From NCBI GenBank assembly GCA_002731795.1, contig PCCQ01000045.1, forward strand, positions 1-44,399: a DNA stretch of 44,399 bases, written 5' to 3'. This DNA comes from Fidelibacterota bacterium (GTDB taxonomy: Bacteria; Fidelibacterota; Marinisomatia; SCGC-AAA003-L08; D37C17). Shown here piece after piece: positions 1 through 9,146 of the stretch. Numbering within the stretch: position 1 is the first letter of the stretch; each line of letters starts with the position of its first letter. The translations under genes were made by a program, and so were the position numbers. The notes under the pieces are model-generated. The model was not told the DNA's origin and made no database searches. It saw only the letters and a list, made by a program, of their open reading frames with translations.

Positions 1-1727
1 AATGTTTCATATACATTATCATCATCAACATACAAAACAATTCGTGCATCATGCACATCATTTCCTTGATCATCTATTACATAAAACTCCAACAAATCGG
101 ACCCCATACTTATGCTATTATTATAATCTACATTAAATGTGGAAGGTGTATCAGTCCATAGGTTAAGAGTAGGATCTCCCATTAAATTATTCCAATGTGT
201 AAACTTATAAGTCATACTATATGGATCTTGAGGATATGTACTATGCAGCGCCATTTTACCACTAACAAGTGCTCCACCAGCTGTTGATACGCCTTTAGCA
301 AAAATTCCATCATAAATACCCATATCCACTATATTGTTTGGTACAGTATGGGTTGATGATGTAGCAGTTCCAACGGCTGCAACTGCTCCTTTTGGATTTG
401 CTAATGAACCAGCCTTTATAAATGATTCTGCAATGGAAGTCCCATTAAAGTCTCCAGTTGCGCATGTAATAAATGTGGCAAAGGGAGTCATGTAACCATT
501 ATTTGCATTATTAATATTGTTTGATCCAAACCCACTAGTTCCAATATATCCCCTATAATTAAAATAAAGAATTCCTTCTTGTAAACGATTTTGCATCCAA
601 CTACTATAGCTACCACAAGAATAGCATGTACCCACATCTTCAAAATTATATACATTCAAAATATTTTCAATATATTCATTAGTTATAATTGCTGAATTTC
701 CAGTTGACGATGGATCACCTACCAATGCAGAACTTTCATACCAATCAGTTCCAGTAAAATCAATATATGTAGCTTTTTCATAAGCAATTGTTTTATTTAT
801 AATATTGCTAAGTTCTGATGAGCTACTAGCTGAAATTCTACCAATAATGACCTCTGGCAATAAATCTCCTCCTTGTATAAGACTATAAGGATAATCGCTA
901 GAGCCTCCGCTTGCAGATGAATAAGGTACTTGGTATGATCCACTTGTATCGCCAACTAGAACTACATACTCGGGAGGGAAATCCCAATTAAAATAAGCAT
1001 CTGAAATGTAATCTGAGATAGCGTTAAAACTAGTACCTATCTCAGATGTACTTACAGAATAAACTTTATACCCCTGCTCTTTTCTCCACTGGATTAAATC
1101 TTGAAGATAACTATTTGAAATAGATGCTCCTCCACATATATATAATATTGACGGTTGAGTTTCTATCAATCTATCACTTAGATCTAGATTAATCACCATA
1201 CTTGAAAGAAGTTTTTCAAACTCTAATGAAAGTGGAACAGTATAATTTTGATTATAATCATTTAAAGAATCGAATTCATCAATTATAATATCAAAAGCTT
1301 TAATCATGGTTAAGGTTTGTTCTTCTTGACTGTAAAAAAATGGATAAACGTTAATTTCAAGAAGATCAACTCCTCTCATATTTAATGTGTTTGATAAAAT
1401 ATTAGAGTTTAAAAGCTCATCATCTAACTCAATGTTAATATTTTCAATAACATAAGATTCAATTATTTCTATATTAGCGGAATACTCCCTGCCTTCTTGA
1501 ATCATATAGTAAGTTGTATATGGTGCAATTCCATTTTCAATTAGGAAATCTGGTGTTATCGTGTATTGCTGATTGAGTTTTTCAGATAATCCGGTATGTA
1601 CAATATTACTTGATACATTAATCAGTTTCTCAGAATCATTATAATTAGATGTATATCTAGCATTATTTTGTTGAGCACAAAATATTACAGAAATGCTTAT
1701 TAATAGTGTAACTAAATTGATATACAT
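1..1727 (-). CDS. Secreted peptidase C25 (gingipain-like) family protein, N-terminal ~575 codons; gene continues past the left window edge
   Basis: Not in the ORF track because it is open at the window edge. My own minus-strand translation starts at ATG 1727-1725, preceded by GGGAGGAG (plus strand 1729-1736). It opens with a signal-like MYINLVTLLISISVIFCAQQ, and the frame stays open to position 1. C25-like blocks present: VLVGDTSGSYQVPY, VIIGRISASSSSELSNIINKTIAYEK, LYFNYRGYIGTSGFG and FATFITCATGDFNG. Confidence 0.6.
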   Translation of the reverse strand, partial: MYINLVTLLISISVIFCAQQNNARYTSNYNDSEKLINVSSNIVHTGLSEKLNQQYTITPDFLIENGIAPYTTYYMIQEGREYSANIEIIESYVIENINIELDDELLNSNILSNTLNMRGVDLLEINVYPFFYSQEEQTLTMIKAFDIIIDEFDSLNDYNQNYTVPLSLEFEKLLSSMVINLDLSDRLIETQPSILYICGGASISNSYLQDLIQWRKEQGYKVYSVSTSEIGTSFNAISDYISDAYFNWDFPPEYVVLVGDTSGSYQVPYSSASGGSSDYPYSLIQGGDLLPEVIIGRISASSSSELSNIINKTIAYEKATYIDFTGTDWYESSALVGDPSSTGNSAIITNEYIENILNVYNFEDVGTCYSCGSYSSWMQNRLQEGILYFNYRGYIGTSGFGSNNINNANNGYMTPFATFITCATGDFNGTSIAESFIKAGSLANPKGAVAAVGTATSSTHTVPNNIVDMGIYDGIFAKGVSTAGGALVSGKMALHSTYPQDPYSMTYKFTHWNNLMGDPTLNLWTDTPSTFNVDYNNSISMGSDLLEFYVIDDQGNDVHDARIVLYVDDDNVYET

Positions 1728-1871
1728 TCTCCTCCCTTTGAATGAACTAACAAACAAGTTTACTTTAAAAAATATAAATTTTATTTGCTAAACAGCAACG
1801 TAATTCATCTATGTTTATGATAAATTCCAATTAATTTAAGAATTATGAGACAACAATATAAGATAACTTTG

Positions 1872-1884
1872 TTACAAGTTGTAA
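1872..1884. promoter_or_regulatory. Perfect 13-bp palindrome TTACAAgTTGTAA in the divergent intergenic region; candidate dimeric regulator operator
   Basis: Read directly. TTACAA and TTGTAA are reverse complements around a central G, flanked by a partial CTTTG/CAAAG inverted repeat. It lies about 145 bp upstream of the pilin start and about 145 bp upstream of the C25 start. Confidence 0.2.
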
Positions 1885-2016
1885 TACAAAGAAAAAGCCG
1901 TAAGTATTAATTTGTTCATGGTCAATTGTTAAATAAATAAAATTATATTTAGTGATTACATTAGATTTTTATAAATTTCAAACATAAATCAAAAACAAAC
2001 TACTTTCATAAATGCT

Positions 2017-2023
2017 AAGGAGG
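2017..2023 (+). promoter_or_regulatory. Shine-Dalgarno AAGGAGG for the pilin gene
   Basis: AAGGAGG lies 5 nt upstream of the TTG start at 2029. Confidence 0.6.
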
Positions 2024-2028
2024 CTATT

Positions 2029-2460
2029 TTGAAAAAGTCAATTAAAAAATATTTTAACGGTTTTACTCTTGTTGAAATTCTTATCGTTGTAGTAATTGTA
2101 GGAATTTTGGCTGCAATCGCAATACCAACCTATTATAGTTATGTCCGAAAAGGCTATGCCACAGAAGCGAAAACTCAAATGAAAAATATTGTACAAGCTT
2201 CAGAAATATATAAAATGGAAAATGATAGTTACCCACCTGATTGCTGGGAGACTCTCAAAGAAGAAGATTACCTCGAAATAAAAAAATCAATTACAAAAAA
2301 ATGGGAATTTGAATGCTCATTCGATGAGGATGGAGAGGGTGGAACCCTATCTGCTACAAGTACCGAAGAAATGGGCGGTGGCGGAGGAAAGAAAATTGAA
2401 TATAATAAAGAAACCGGAAAGTATACAGGTTACGGTCAATCTAATTCAGGTGGAGAGTAA
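2029..2460 (+). CDS. pilA: Type IV major pilin (prepilin with class III signal peptide)
   Basis: TTG start after a strong SD. The leader MKKSIKKYFNG is followed by FTLVEILIVVVIVGILAAIAIP, the G|FTLxE N-methylation motif with Glu5. The globular part has two Cys, and the C-terminal tail is Gly-rich (GGGGGKK...SNSGGE). Confidence 0.85.
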   Translation: MKKSIKKYFNGFTLVEILIVVVIVGILAAIAIPTYYSYVRKGYATEAKTQMKNIVQASEIYKMENDSYPPDCWETLKEEDYLEIKKSITKKWEFECSFDEDGEGGTLSATSTEEMGGGGGKKIEYNKETGKYTGYGQSNSGGE

Positions 2461-2469
2461 ATACTTACA

Positions 2470-3528
2470 ATGTCATTTTCAATAAAAGAATTACTTAAAT
2501 ATGCTTTGGATAGTGGCGCATCTGATTTGCACCTCAGCGTAGGAAATATCCCCATGCTGAGGATTCATGGTGAAATGAAAAAAATCAAATCACCTGAACT
2601 TGATTTAAAATCTATGGAAAGTATTAGAGATGAGATATTAAATTCAAACCAAAAGCAAATTTTCAAAGAAGGTTTAGAAATTGACTTTTCAGCTGAACTT
2701 AAAGACAAAGGTAGATTTAGAGTTAATTTTTTTAATCAAATAAACGGACTATCTGCTGTTTTCAGAACTATTTCCAATGATATCAAAAGTTCAGAGGAAC
2801 TAGGTATCCCTCCTTTAGTAAATAGTTTAGCCATGAAGGATAGAGGGCTTATTCTTCTCACCGGACCTACTGGAAGTGGAAAGTCAACTACACTAGCTGC
2901 AATGATTGACCATATCAATGAAAATAGAAATTGCCATATTATAACTATTGAAGATCCTGTTGAATACTACCATACTTCTAAAAATTGTCTTATAAATCAA
3001 AGAGAAGTAGGCCATTCTACTCACTCGTTTGCGAATGCACTAAGGTCAGCTTTAAGAGAAGATCCAGATGTAATCCTGGTTGGTGAAATGCGAGATTTAG
3101 AAACCATACAATTAGCATTAACAGCTGCTGAAACTGGACATTTAGTATTGTCAACTCTCCATACATCAAGTGCTGTCAAAACAGTAGATAGAGTAATAGA
3201 TGTGTTCCCATCTGGCCAAAAGTCTCAAATAAGGTCAATGCTTTCAGAGAGTTTAGTTGCGATAATTGCTCAAAAATTACTACAAAATAAAGAAGGAAAC
3301 GGAAGAATTCCAGCTAGTGAAATGATGATTGCAAACTCTGCTATAAGAAATTTAATAAGAGAAGATAAGATCTACCAAATACCTTCACTAATTCAAGCTG
3401 GCAGTCAAGAAGGAATGCATACACTTGACCAAGATTTACAGCGACTGCTATCCCAGGGTGTAATCAATAGAGAAGATGCACTTCAAATCGCAGAAGATCC
3501 TGACAACTTTCAAAAAGGTATTTTCTAA
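2470..3528 (+). CDS. pilT: Twitching-motility retraction ATPase PilT
   Basis: 352 aa. Walker A GPTGSGKST, Walker B/Asp box DPDVILVGEMRD, His box TGHLVLSTLHT, and the PilT-specific AIRNLIRE motif (AIRNLIREDKIYQI). Confidence 0.9.
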   Translation: MSFSIKELLKYALDSGASDLHLSVGNIPMLRIHGEMKKIKSPELDLKSMESIRDEILNSNQKQIFKEGLEIDFSAELKDKGRFRVNFFNQINGLSAVFRTISNDIKSSEELGIPPLVNSLAMKDRGLILLTGPTGSGKSTTLAAMIDHINENRNCHIITIEDPVEYYHTSKNCLINQREVGHSTHSFANALRSALREDPDVILVGEMRDLETIQLALTAAETGHLVLSTLHTSSAVKTVDRVIDVFPSGQKSQIRSMLSESLVAIIAQKLLQNKEGNGRIPASEMMIANSAIRNLIREDKIYQIPSLIQAGSQEGMHTLDQDLQRLLSQGVINREDALQIAEDPDNFQKGIF

Positions 3529-3533
3529 TTTAA

Positions 3534-3959
3534 ATGTCAAAATTTAAATTATTTCAAGGCTTTACTTTGACAGAGCTTCTTGTAGGAATTTTATTCTCAA
3601 CCATTACAGCTTCTGCTGTAATAAGTGGCTCAATTTATGTAAAAAAAACACTTAATAATATCCAATATAAAGAGTTGGCTTTTGAAAAATTAAAAGGACA
3701 TACAGAATTTTGGAAAGGGCGTATAGCTGCTAAGGATATACCTACCAACCTTTCAGATTGTGAAGAAAATGTATGTTTAAAAGAGAATGAAGATGAGGAT
3801 TGTATATTCAAAGCTACCGAATTGTGTTATGAAATGAATAGTGTAAACACTGAAGATTCAAATGCTAAGAGATGGGAGTTAACCACTACAATCAATTGGG
3901 AAAATAGTAATCAAGGAGAGAGGGATTTAAGTTTTTATGTTATTCAAATGGAATTTTAA
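3534..3959 (+). CDS. Minor pilin / pseudopilin (GspI/PilV-like size class)
   Basis: N-terminus MSKFKLFQG|FTLTELLVGILF is a prepilin cleavage/methylation motif with Glu5. 141 aa with four Cys. Confidence 0.7.
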   Translation: MSKFKLFQGFTLTELLVGILFSTITASAVISGSIYVKKTLNNIQYKELAFEKLKGHTEFWKGRIAAKDIPTNLSDCEENVCLKENEDEDCIFKATELCYEMNSVNTEDSNAKRWELTTTINWENSNQGERDLSFYVIQMEF

Positions 3960-4575
3960 ATCTAAGAAATACAAAATAAGTACTAATCAAGGTTTCACTT
4001 TGGTTGAAGTAATGGCTGCTATAATTATTTCTTTGTCTGTTTTTTGGGGAATAATGAACTTGTATGTTGATATTGTAAAAAATCAGGTTAAAGATCAAAC
4101 AATGGCTGATATTAGATTTAATTTATCCTCAGCTATGGATATGATTTCTCGTGATGTGAGGAATGCTGATTCAATTAGTATTAGTACAACTACATACTCA
4201 AAAAAAATTGACCTATATAATTTTGATAGAAATGGCGACATTGAAGAACTACATTCATATAGTGCAAAAAATGATTTAGGGATTTTATACAATGATGAAC
4301 CGATAATCATACCGGGTCGACATTTATTTAATAATGAAGGTTCATATGAAATAACAATTGAAGATTTTGACTGTAAATTAGCTCTAAATGTGTACAATAC
4401 TTCAAAAAGGAATTTAAGAGATAATTTTTTTGACCTGACTGTTGAGTTTAAAGTTAAATCAAACAGCGATAATGACTTTGAGAAAATTTATACATTTGAG
4501 CAACAAATATTTGCATTGAATCAATTTTCTATAACTAAATCTGATGATGATGATGATGAATCGCAAGATATATAG
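3937..4575 (+). CDS. Minor pilin / pseudopilin (GspJ/PilW-like)
   Basis: Leader ...STNQG|FTLVEVMAAIIISL has Glu5. ISRDVRNADSISI resembles the PilW/GspJ block. It overlaps the upstream gene by 23 nt, and GAGAGGGA lies upstream of the ATG. Confidence 0.65.
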   Translation: MLFKWNFKSKKYKISTNQGFTLVEVMAAIIISLSVFWGIMNLYVDIVKNQVKDQTMADIRFNLSSAMDMISRDVRNADSISISTTTYSKKIDLYNFDRNGDIEELHSYSAKNDLGILYNDEPIIIPGRHLFNNEGSYEITIEDFDCKLALNVYNTSKRNLRDNFFDLTVEFKVKSNSDNDFEKIYTFEQQIFALNQFSITKSDDDDDESQDI

Positions 4576-6846
4576 ATGATTAAGAACACAAAAATAGAAC
4601 AACATTCTAAAAAATTTTATAGTGGTTTTATACTACCTACTTCATTATTTTTTATGTTTGCAAGCGCTTCAGTAATTATGGTTTATTATAATTGGCTAAG
4701 CAACCAACTTAATGAACTAGATTATAGAATTGCTGTAACCAAAGCTACTTATAATGCAGAAAGTGGAATTGCTGAAAAGGCATTCCCCTACTTATTGCAA
4801 AGCAACTATGTCACTGGCACAGTTTTAGAAGGACGCTCTCTTGATGTTGAGGAAATTGGTTTAAAGATGGGTAGTTATAGAGAAGTAACGATGACTAAAA
4901 ATAATTTATATAATGAACGAATTGGATCCGCAATTGGCTTAGCTACTTGGGGACCTAATAATTCAGATACCATATTTAGAAAATCTGAAATTGTTGGTAG
5001 TCCTGAGGGTTTAGGAAAGTATATGTATTTTACAAATACTGAAAGAGCTGGAGGTGCACCCATGACTTTTGGACCTCCTGGATTTGTAAATGGAGAAAGA
5101 AGAGGTGTAAAGTTTTATGGATCAGATGTCATTGATGGAATAGTTCAAACCAATGATGAAATTTATTTTTCTGATACAGGTTGTCCAGATTTTAGTGAAG
5201 CTGAGTGGTATTTAACACCCGGAAATAATGGTCCGGCAAATGGTAATTGGGGTGGGTGCTCCGGCAATGGTTGGAATGCACTTTTCTCTCCCCAAGAGGT
5301 TGACACAAGTACAAGATGTGAATTAAAATGGCCTCCACCTGGATATGAGAATATGAAACAAGGTAATGCTGACTCTCAATTAAGAATTATCCCTGCAGGA
5401 ATAATAAACAGAGGTGGAAATGGAGCAAAAGACACATTAACCATGACAGAAATTGAGTTTTTTAATACTGGAGAATATATGGTTACTCAGTGGTGGTTTT
5501 TACCTCCTCCCCATTTGAAATCTGGATTAAGCTCAACTCAAGTTATAAACCCTTATCCACAGCATTTAGATGGTTTTAATGAACTATGTAATTCTATTGC
5601 TGGATGTAACCCAGCAACTTTTAACTATAATGATGATAAAGCTGCAGGTTTTCCAATTCTTGATCAAATTTGTGTATCCCCTACCGAAACTGGAGACCCT
5701 ACAGTGCAAGATATTTCAATTTATGGATGCAAGCCATATCTTGATTCTCTTATGTCATATCATGGTAAATACATGATACCAAATAATATTTATGATAATC
5801 CTCAAATTGAATCATTAATGGATCCGTTTTCAGGTAATGGGCCGTATTTTGATGATCCAGAATGTCCTCCAGGTGAGAACTGCTATCCTTTTGGACCTCA
5901 TGGTATAGCAGGTCAACACTTTGATTTTGAGCATAACATTGATAATCCAAATAATCCTAATTTACCAATAAATACTCTTCCTTATCCAGGAGCTCCTCCA
6001 TATATTTATAATTCACAAGGAGTAATTTATGTTGAAGATGGTCCTGTAAGGGTCAAAGGAAATTATAAAGGTAGATATTCAATTGTTACCGATCCTTATA
6101 CACTTTACAGAAGACATGCATGCAATGATAGTATTTTAAATTGCAACACAGAGCTTGATACAATGTGGAATAATATTTGGATTATAGATGATTTAGTAAA
6201 TGCTGACACAGATGGTAGTGGAAATATGGCTCTTCATCAACCAAACTTAGAGACTTGTAGGGGTGGTAGCAATAATGTATTAGGGCTAGTTTCTGGAGCA
6301 AACATTGTAGTCGCAAATACTCCCGAAAATGGGGCAAACAATGGTTGCCCTAGTGGTAATTGCCCCTACCCTACTTCTTCACATGGAGTTAGAATTAATG
6401 CACACATGATTGCACTAAATGAATCTTTTGTAGCTCATTATTGGCAGAATTCTTCAAATTCTATACCAACTAACCCAGGATGGGTAGGTAATATTTATGA
6501 TCCATATTTTACCCCTAACGATGAATTTGATAGGGATACTGGATTTCCTCCGTGGGCAGATGGAAGAGGAAGAAATACAGCAAATGGAACTGGTGGCAGC
6601 GATAGAAGAGGCACCATTTTACTTTGGGGTGGTGTATGTCAAAGATATAGAGGATATGTTCAAAGAAATCCTACAAGTCAATATGGAAATCAATTATGGG
6701 TAGGTTATCAAATTAAAGATTATAACTATGATGATAACTTATTGTGCGGAGGGCCTCCTGCATACCCTGTTGTAGAATGTAAAGGTGGAAATGGAGAAAT
6801 TTCAATTAATATAGTTTCAGCAAAAACATCAAAAGGACTAGAATAA
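4576..6846 (+). CDS. Giant pseudopilin-like protein (GspK/PilX-like N-terminus lacking Glu5) with ~700-aa Cys/Gly/Pro/Asn/Trp-rich domain of unknown family
   Basis: N-terminus ...KKFYSG|FILPTSLFFMFASASVIMVYYNW is a pilin-like hydrophobic helix with Thr at +5. It sits third in the pseudopilin series. I recognise no catalytic motif. Confidence 0.5.
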   Translation: MIKNTKIEQHSKKFYSGFILPTSLFFMFASASVIMVYYNWLSNQLNELDYRIAVTKATYNAESGIAEKAFPYLLQSNYVTGTVLEGRSLDVEEIGLKMGSYREVTMTKNNLYNERIGSAIGLATWGPNNSDTIFRKSEIVGSPEGLGKYMYFTNTERAGGAPMTFGPPGFVNGERRGVKFYGSDVIDGIVQTNDEIYFSDTGCPDFSEAEWYLTPGNNGPANGNWGGCSGNGWNALFSPQEVDTSTRCELKWPPPGYENMKQGNADSQLRIIPAGIINRGGNGAKDTLTMTEIEFFNTGEYMVTQWWFLPPPHLKSGLSSTQVINPYPQHLDGFNELCNSIAGCNPATFNYNDDKAAGFPILDQICVSPTETGDPTVQDISIYGCKPYLDSLMSYHGKYMIPNNIYDNPQIESLMDPFSGNGPYFDDPECPPGENCYPFGPHGIAGQHFDFEHNIDNPNNPNLPINTLPYPGAPPYIYNSQGVIYVEDGPVRVKGNYKGRYSIVTDPYTLYRRHACNDSILNCNTELDTMWNNIWIIDDLVNADTDGSGNMALHQPNLETCRGGSNNVLGLVSGANIVVANTPENGANNGCPSGNCPYPTSSHGVRINAHMIALNESFVAHYWQNSSNSIPTNPGWVGNIYDPYFTPNDEFDRDTGFPPWADGRGRNTANGTGGSDRRGTILLWGGVCQRYRGYVQRNPTSQYGNQLWVGYQIKDYNYDDNLLCGGPPAYPVVECKGGNGEISINIVSAKTSKGLE

Positions 6847-7898
6847 TGTCAATTAGTATTGATATAGGAACAAGTGAAGTTAAACTAGTAGAATTAAACA
6901 CAGTAAATGATGATGCTGTCGTATCAAAAGTGCACTCCAAATCAACATGGAGTGACTTAAATTCTTTTGATCCTGAAAAATTAGAAAAATCTAATTGGGT
7001 GGCATGTATTAATGATATCTGTATAGATACTAAAACTAATACTAAGAAAATTAAATCTTTGACAACTGCAATATCTGGTAAAAATTTATCTGTAAAAGAA
7101 ATTACCACTCTCGAAATGAATGAAGATGAATTATATCAATCATTAGAGTTTGAAGCAAAAAAACATATTCCCTTAGATGGAACTGAGGCTGTAATGGATT
7201 ATTCTATTATTGGTAAAAATAATAACGAAATAGATAAAATTGATGTTTTACTAGTTGCTACTACAAAAAATATAATCAAACAATTTGATTCTATAGTAAG
7301 AGATTCTGGATTTAAAAATTCAATTTTTGATGCAGAACCTATTGCTATGGCTAATTGCTTGACTCATAATTATGGTATCCAAGAAGATGGAATAGATGTC
7401 ATTTTAGATATAGGAACTAGCACTTCTACTCTTGTTGTTTTTGGTAAATCACAGACATTTTTTACAAGAGAAATAGAAACTTCAGGTTTTACTATTATAA
7501 AAGATATAATGAAAAAATATGACACTGATTATTCTGATGCAAAGGATATACTTGAAAGAGATGGGGTTAAATCTTTAGATAGCAATTCAATCGGAAGTGA
7601 TAGTAATGCATTTAGTCTAGAATCTGCTGAAAAAACTATTTTTAGCAACCTAGTTGACGAAATAAGAAAGTCTCTACGATATTATGTTAAATCAAATAAT
7701 GGAAATTCAAATTTTAAACGATTATTTATTTCGGGGGGCTTTGCTGAAATAAATGGTCTTAAAGATTTAATAGCTGATGAACTTCGAATAGAAACTGAGA
7801 TACTAAACCCATTCAATAAAATAGTAAGTGATGTGAAGATTGAAAACCCATCAAAATTTACTGTTGCTGTTGGATTAGCGTTAAGGGGAATGATGTAA
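6846..7898 (+). CDS. pilM: Type IV pilus assembly protein PilM (actin-like ATPase fold)
   Basis: MSISIDIGTSEVKLVEL phosphate-1-like start, a second DIGTSTSTLVVF block, 350 aa, and position upstream of pilN. TAATG stop/start overlap with the upstream gene. Confidence 0.8.
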   Translation: MSISIDIGTSEVKLVELNTVNDDAVVSKVHSKSTWSDLNSFDPEKLEKSNWVACINDICIDTKTNTKKIKSLTTAISGKNLSVKEITTLEMNEDELYQSLEFEAKKHIPLDGTEAVMDYSIIGKNNNEIDKIDVLLVATTKNIIKQFDSIVRDSGFKNSIFDAEPIAMANCLTHNYGIQEDGIDVILDIGTSTSTLVVFGKSQTFFTREIETSGFTIIKDIMKKYDTDYSDAKDILERDGVKSLDSNSIGSDSNAFSLESAEKTIFSNLVDEIRKSLRYYVKSNNGNSNFKRLFISGGFAEINGLKDLIADELRIETEILNPFNKIVSDVKIENPSKFTVAVGLALRGMM

Positions 7899-9146
7899 TT
7901 GAAGAATGATAATTTCATATTAATAAATCTAAATCAAAATATTAGTAAAGCTAGGCAGGCTGCCTATAAAGGTAACAGAGATAAATGGATTATATTTGGA
8001 TTACTATGTTTTATATATATTGGTCTTATTGCTTGGTTTGTGAATATAAATTCAAACTACAATGAGCTTATTAGTCTTCGAGAAGACACAATAAGTAAAA
8101 TTAAAAAAGATACAAGAGATTTAAAGAAAGAAATTAAAAGGCAGCTCGAAAATAGAAATAAAAATCTAAATGAAGATAATAATGATAAAGTCAACCTATT
8201 AAACCTATCTAAAAAAGATATAGAATTAGCATATAAAATTGGTGAAAAAACTATTCCTTGGTCAGAAAAACTAATGCAATTATCTGAAATTACTCCTGAG
8301 GATATGTGTATAACAAAGTTAGAATACGCTAATAATAGTTTAAATATTTCTGCTATATCTAAAATAAAAGACAAGACGCAAAAAGACCAAAAAATACTCA
8401 ATGATTTTATAACTCTGCTCGAAGGTCATGAAGATTTTGGTAAAGAATTTATAGAATACGAACTTAGAAATAGTAAAAGAGTATCAAGGGGTAGTAATCC
8501 GTACTATCAATTCCAAATTTCTGCTCCACTAAAGAAGAAAATCAAAAATAGACTTAATGATATTGTTATTGAAGAAGAAATTCCTAAAAATATAGAGCCT
8601 ATTATTGAAGAAAAGGTTGAAGCTAAGGTTACGGAAAAGGTTGAAGTGAAGGTTGAAGAAGAGCTTGAGGAAAAGGTTGAACCTAAAGTCGAAGAAAATA
8701 AATATTCAGATGATATAATTCAATTAGCTAAAGATATTGATATAAAAGATCCTTTAACCGACAACGTGAAAAAATTTCAAACAGTTCTTAAACTTTTTTC
8801 AGAAAATGATATTGAGTTTGGTTTCCTAGAGTCTGTGACAATTATAAAAAGAGATGAAATTCTAGGTAAAAAGCCAACATCAAGATTTCAAAAAGAGTTG
8901 ATGAAAAAAAATAAGGAAATTGCTTCTGAACAATCATCAATTAAGGTACGTAAATATTCAAAAAATATAATTGCTGCTGCCAAACGCTTAAAAAAGAACC
9001 AAAACAAATCTAATCTTGTTGCAGTTAAACGATTCCAAGAAGCGACAGGCATAGCAAATGAAAGCAGCGCTAATTATGGACTTTGGGATGACTTAACACG
9101 CATTAAATATGAAGATGTTTTACAATCAATAGCGGAAAAACAATGA
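7899..9146 (+). CDS. pilN: PilN-like inner-membrane pilus alignment protein with ~200-aa C-terminal extension
   Basis: TTG start directly after the pilM TAA. N-terminal ILINLNQ resembles the INLLP PilM-binding motif. A single TM helix (WIIFGLLCFIYIGLIAWFV) is followed by a coiled coil and a PilN-like core. The extension carries (E/x)KVE repeats and two related ~55-aa modules. Confidence 0.6.
   Translation: MKNDNFILINLNQNISKARQAAYKGNRDKWIIFGLLCFIYIGLIAWFVNINSNYNELISLREDTISKIKKDTRDLKKEIKRQLENRNKNLNEDNNDKVNLLNLSKKDIELAYKIGEKTIPWSEKLMQLSEITPEDMCITKLEYANNSLNISAISKIKDKTQKDQKILNDFITLLEGHEDFGKEFIEYELRNSKRVSRGSNPYYQFQISAPLKKKIKNRLNDIVIEEEIPKNIEPIIEEKVEAKVTEKVEVKVEEELEEKVEPKVEENKYSDDIIQLAKDIDIKDPLTDNVKKFQTVLKLFSENDIEFGFLESVTIIKRDEILGKKPTSRFQKELMKKNKEIASEQSSIKVRKYSKNIIAAAKRLKKNQNKSNLVAVKRFQEATGIANESSANYGLWDDLTRIKYEDVLQSIAEKQ
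8607..8696 (+). repeat. In-frame tandem 12-nt repeat (GAAAAGGTTGAA-like, ~7.5 copies) encoding EEKVEAKVTEKVEVKVEEELEEKVEPKVEE
   Basis: Read directly from the sequence. Units are gaaaaggttgaa / gctaaggttacg / gaaaaggttgaa / gtgaaggttgaa / gaagagcttgag / gaaaaggttgaa / cctaaagtcgaa. Confidence 0.8.

Noticed and set aside
1728-2028. Sigma-54 promoter, sigma-70 -35/-10 pair, tRNA or small RNA in the long intergenic region
   Set aside because: I found no TGGCA-N7-TTGC-like element. Many -10-like AT hexamers occur, but none has convincing -35 spacing. The region is far too AT-rich and unstructured for a tRNA. I cannot support any call beyond the palindrome.
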